This document shows, piece after piece, positions 62,020-64,000 of a stretch of 64,000 nt of DNA. Source of the DNA: Psammoneis japonica (Eukaryota); the NCBI GenBank assembly GCA_008632985.1, contig QPGO01000025.1, positions 62,001 through 126,000 on the forward strand, given 5' to 3'. The notes under the pieces were generated by a model. It worked only from the letters and a program-made list of their open reading frames with translations. It did not search any database and was not told the DNA's origin. How positions within the stretch are numbered: position 1 is the first letter of the stretch; each line of letters starts with the position of its first letter. The translations under genes were made by a program, and so were the position numbers.

Positions 62020-63002
62020 TCACAAATACACCGTGTGGCAACCGCAGTCATCAGTTTCGGCCTCGTTGTCTGTTGCCCAATCTACCTGCACGTTGAGCTT
62101 TCTGGCAACCTTCATTAGTCTCTGCCTGTTCTGGTCTTTTGAATCATCACACGGGCGCCCATTCTTCTCCTGACGCTGACTGTCAGAGTCCTTCGCCACC
62201 GCCTCGTCTCTAGTCCCATCCACGTCACAGAGTTCTCGGTTTTGTTTGGTACAAGAGACCGAAGTGTCCTCACTTTCAGTGCTGCTGTTTTGAACTGGAG
62301 AAGATTGTAATGAAGTCGGGGTAGTAGTGGTGCTGGAGGTGGTGTCGTTGCCAGCATCAACGTTGTGCATTGGAACATGTAAGCCATCGTTATCCGCAAA
62401 CCCAAACGAGTCGTCGTTGTCGTTCATACCGGATTCAGGAATCATTTCATTTTCAACAGTCCGCTTAGCCGCCTATCACCAAAAAAATCAAAAATAACGA
62501 TTTTCCTGTGTTGGAAATGAAAGCATCTTGACACAAAAACAAAAGCAAAAGCATGAAAATCGGAGCATACCTTGTCAGACGCTAGCAAATCCCGGCAAGC
62601 CCTTTCCCTCCTTCTCTTTTCACTGGAGAGACGTGAAATCCTTTCCCTCTTCATTCTTTCCAGTTCGGCAGCCTCTACTTCCAACAAGGCTCCCATTATG
62701 AATGGATTAAACCTCTTGGCATAATCCGAAAGATCGCATTGATTGTTTATCATTGATTGGCCGTTTCTGTTGAACTTGAACAGCCCATCGCGGAACATCA
62801 TGCGTGAAATGTATCGGATGGAGTCATCCTCCATGCCCGTTTTGCGAAGACAATGGTATAGTGGACGTTGCTTTGATATGAATCTCTGTGGATAATAGTG
62901 AAGACGACATCCTGTGTCCCACTGTCTCTCTTGCTCAAAATACGACGGTGGAAAAAACCACGGCTGGCGAGAGAAGCTGAAACCAAACGGTGAAAACATC
63001 AT
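62020..63002 (-). CDS. Hypothetical protein (two abutting ORFs, possibly spliced)
   Basis: 186-aa and 141-aa ORFs. Possible GT donor near 62569 followed by a T-rich tract. Confidence 0.4.
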
Positions 63003-63429
63003 TGAACAAAATTGGGGTGATCACGGATTAGACTGAAGAAAAGCAAACAAAGTACTGGTGGCAGTTGTTGCATGATTAGATTTCGTCCACATGAGACGCG
63101 GTGCTTCTTTTGGTCCTGCTGTGAGCACGTGAGCGAGCCCACTCTCCATCGTGAGTCTATGCGTCGACCGTTGTCGTGTGCGCTGCGCACACCCGGAAGT
63201 CTCCTCATGAGACTCTCGCGGAAGTAAGACGGACGATGTACCAGGGTCGTATGTAGGCGATTTGTTGCCATGTCCTCCTGGTGTGTTTCGTGTAGAATTC
63301 TCCGTAGAAAAGTTTTTTGCGCATGTAGAAACGTGTGGGGATTCCGGAGGCATCGCAACAAACCATCCGTCTGAGACTTCCGCGAGAGAGTCCATGGGAA
63401 AACTGTGGGTGCGTGCGAGCGTGGAGCGT

Positions 63430-64000
63430 GCATGAAGAACGGTTGACGCATGGACTCACGACAGAGAGAGTGACATGAGCCTGTGAGCTGCAGCAGCTGT
63501 GAGTGACTCAAGATTTGTGACGTGCAGGTTGCTGACAAATGGACAGATGGCAATGCTGTGATGTTCGGCATCAACCAGCCAGCGGCGATTCAAGTTTGCC
63601 ACCCAGTGGAGGCAACTGCATCATTGTTTTTCCTCGACAACGATTGAATGAATCGTTGATGCTGTTCAAGGCCATTGAGAAACATTTGACATCTCACGTT
63701 GCAAGATGAGAGTCATGTCAGTTGGGGTGATCGCTGATTGGACTGAAAAAAGGCATGAAAACAAGGAAAATGCTGGTGCGGAGGATGATTGGATTTTGCC
63801 CACTTGGCTGAGACGCAGCACTGCACTGTTGTGAGTCACAGCAAGTCATGATGAGACATGCCCTGTCACCTGGCAGGTGCAAAGAGGGTGTGCAGTGAGC
63901 AGTGCGTGGCACCCTTTGTGGAAACACACGTCCGAAAGTGAGTGCACTCTGACCAGACAAACAACCCAAAACAAGTGCTGGTGCTGAGATCACCACTTTC
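63430..64000. mobile_element. Start of another TpA/CpG-depleted island; runs off the window
   Basis: Essentially no TpA from ~63430 to the end. TG/CA-rich like the other TE relics. Confidence 0.5.

Overview
Nuclear DNA of a diatom, probably a raphid pennate, judged from short GT-AG introns, bipartite plastid-type leaders, canonical EF-1alpha and diatom-type transposons. About 18 ordinary genes alternate with seven sharply bounded islands of dead transposable elements (~12.9-15.1, 15.4-19.1, 20.5-26.9, 28.5-29.2, 31.7-35.05, 50.3-51.7 and 63.4-64.0 kb). The main signal is that these islands have lost CpG, as expected from 5mC deamination, and also almost all TpA; both are converted to TpG/CpA. 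The direction can be read in the window. Conserved Tyr codons of transposase and RNase H relics have become Cys or His, and a nearly intact transposon end (15318-15416) aligns to a mutated relative (51034-51130) with 6 of 7 TpA changed to TG/CA. This points to a TE-targeted, RIP-like process that adds A:T->G:C changes at TpA, opposite in direction to fungal RIP; I do not recognise it as a described system. Other notable items: oligo(T)-tailed non-LTR insertions with 15-18 bp target-site duplications; a three-member orphan gene family at island edges; a head-to-head carnitine acyltransferase / carnitine carrier pair, both with signal-peptide-like leaders; a beta-lactamase-fold/alpha-beta-hydrolase fusion; and an SMC3 pseudogene. 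Several single-base frameshifts in housekeeping genes suggest assembly indel errors. All family calls are from motif recognition by eye; no searches were run.
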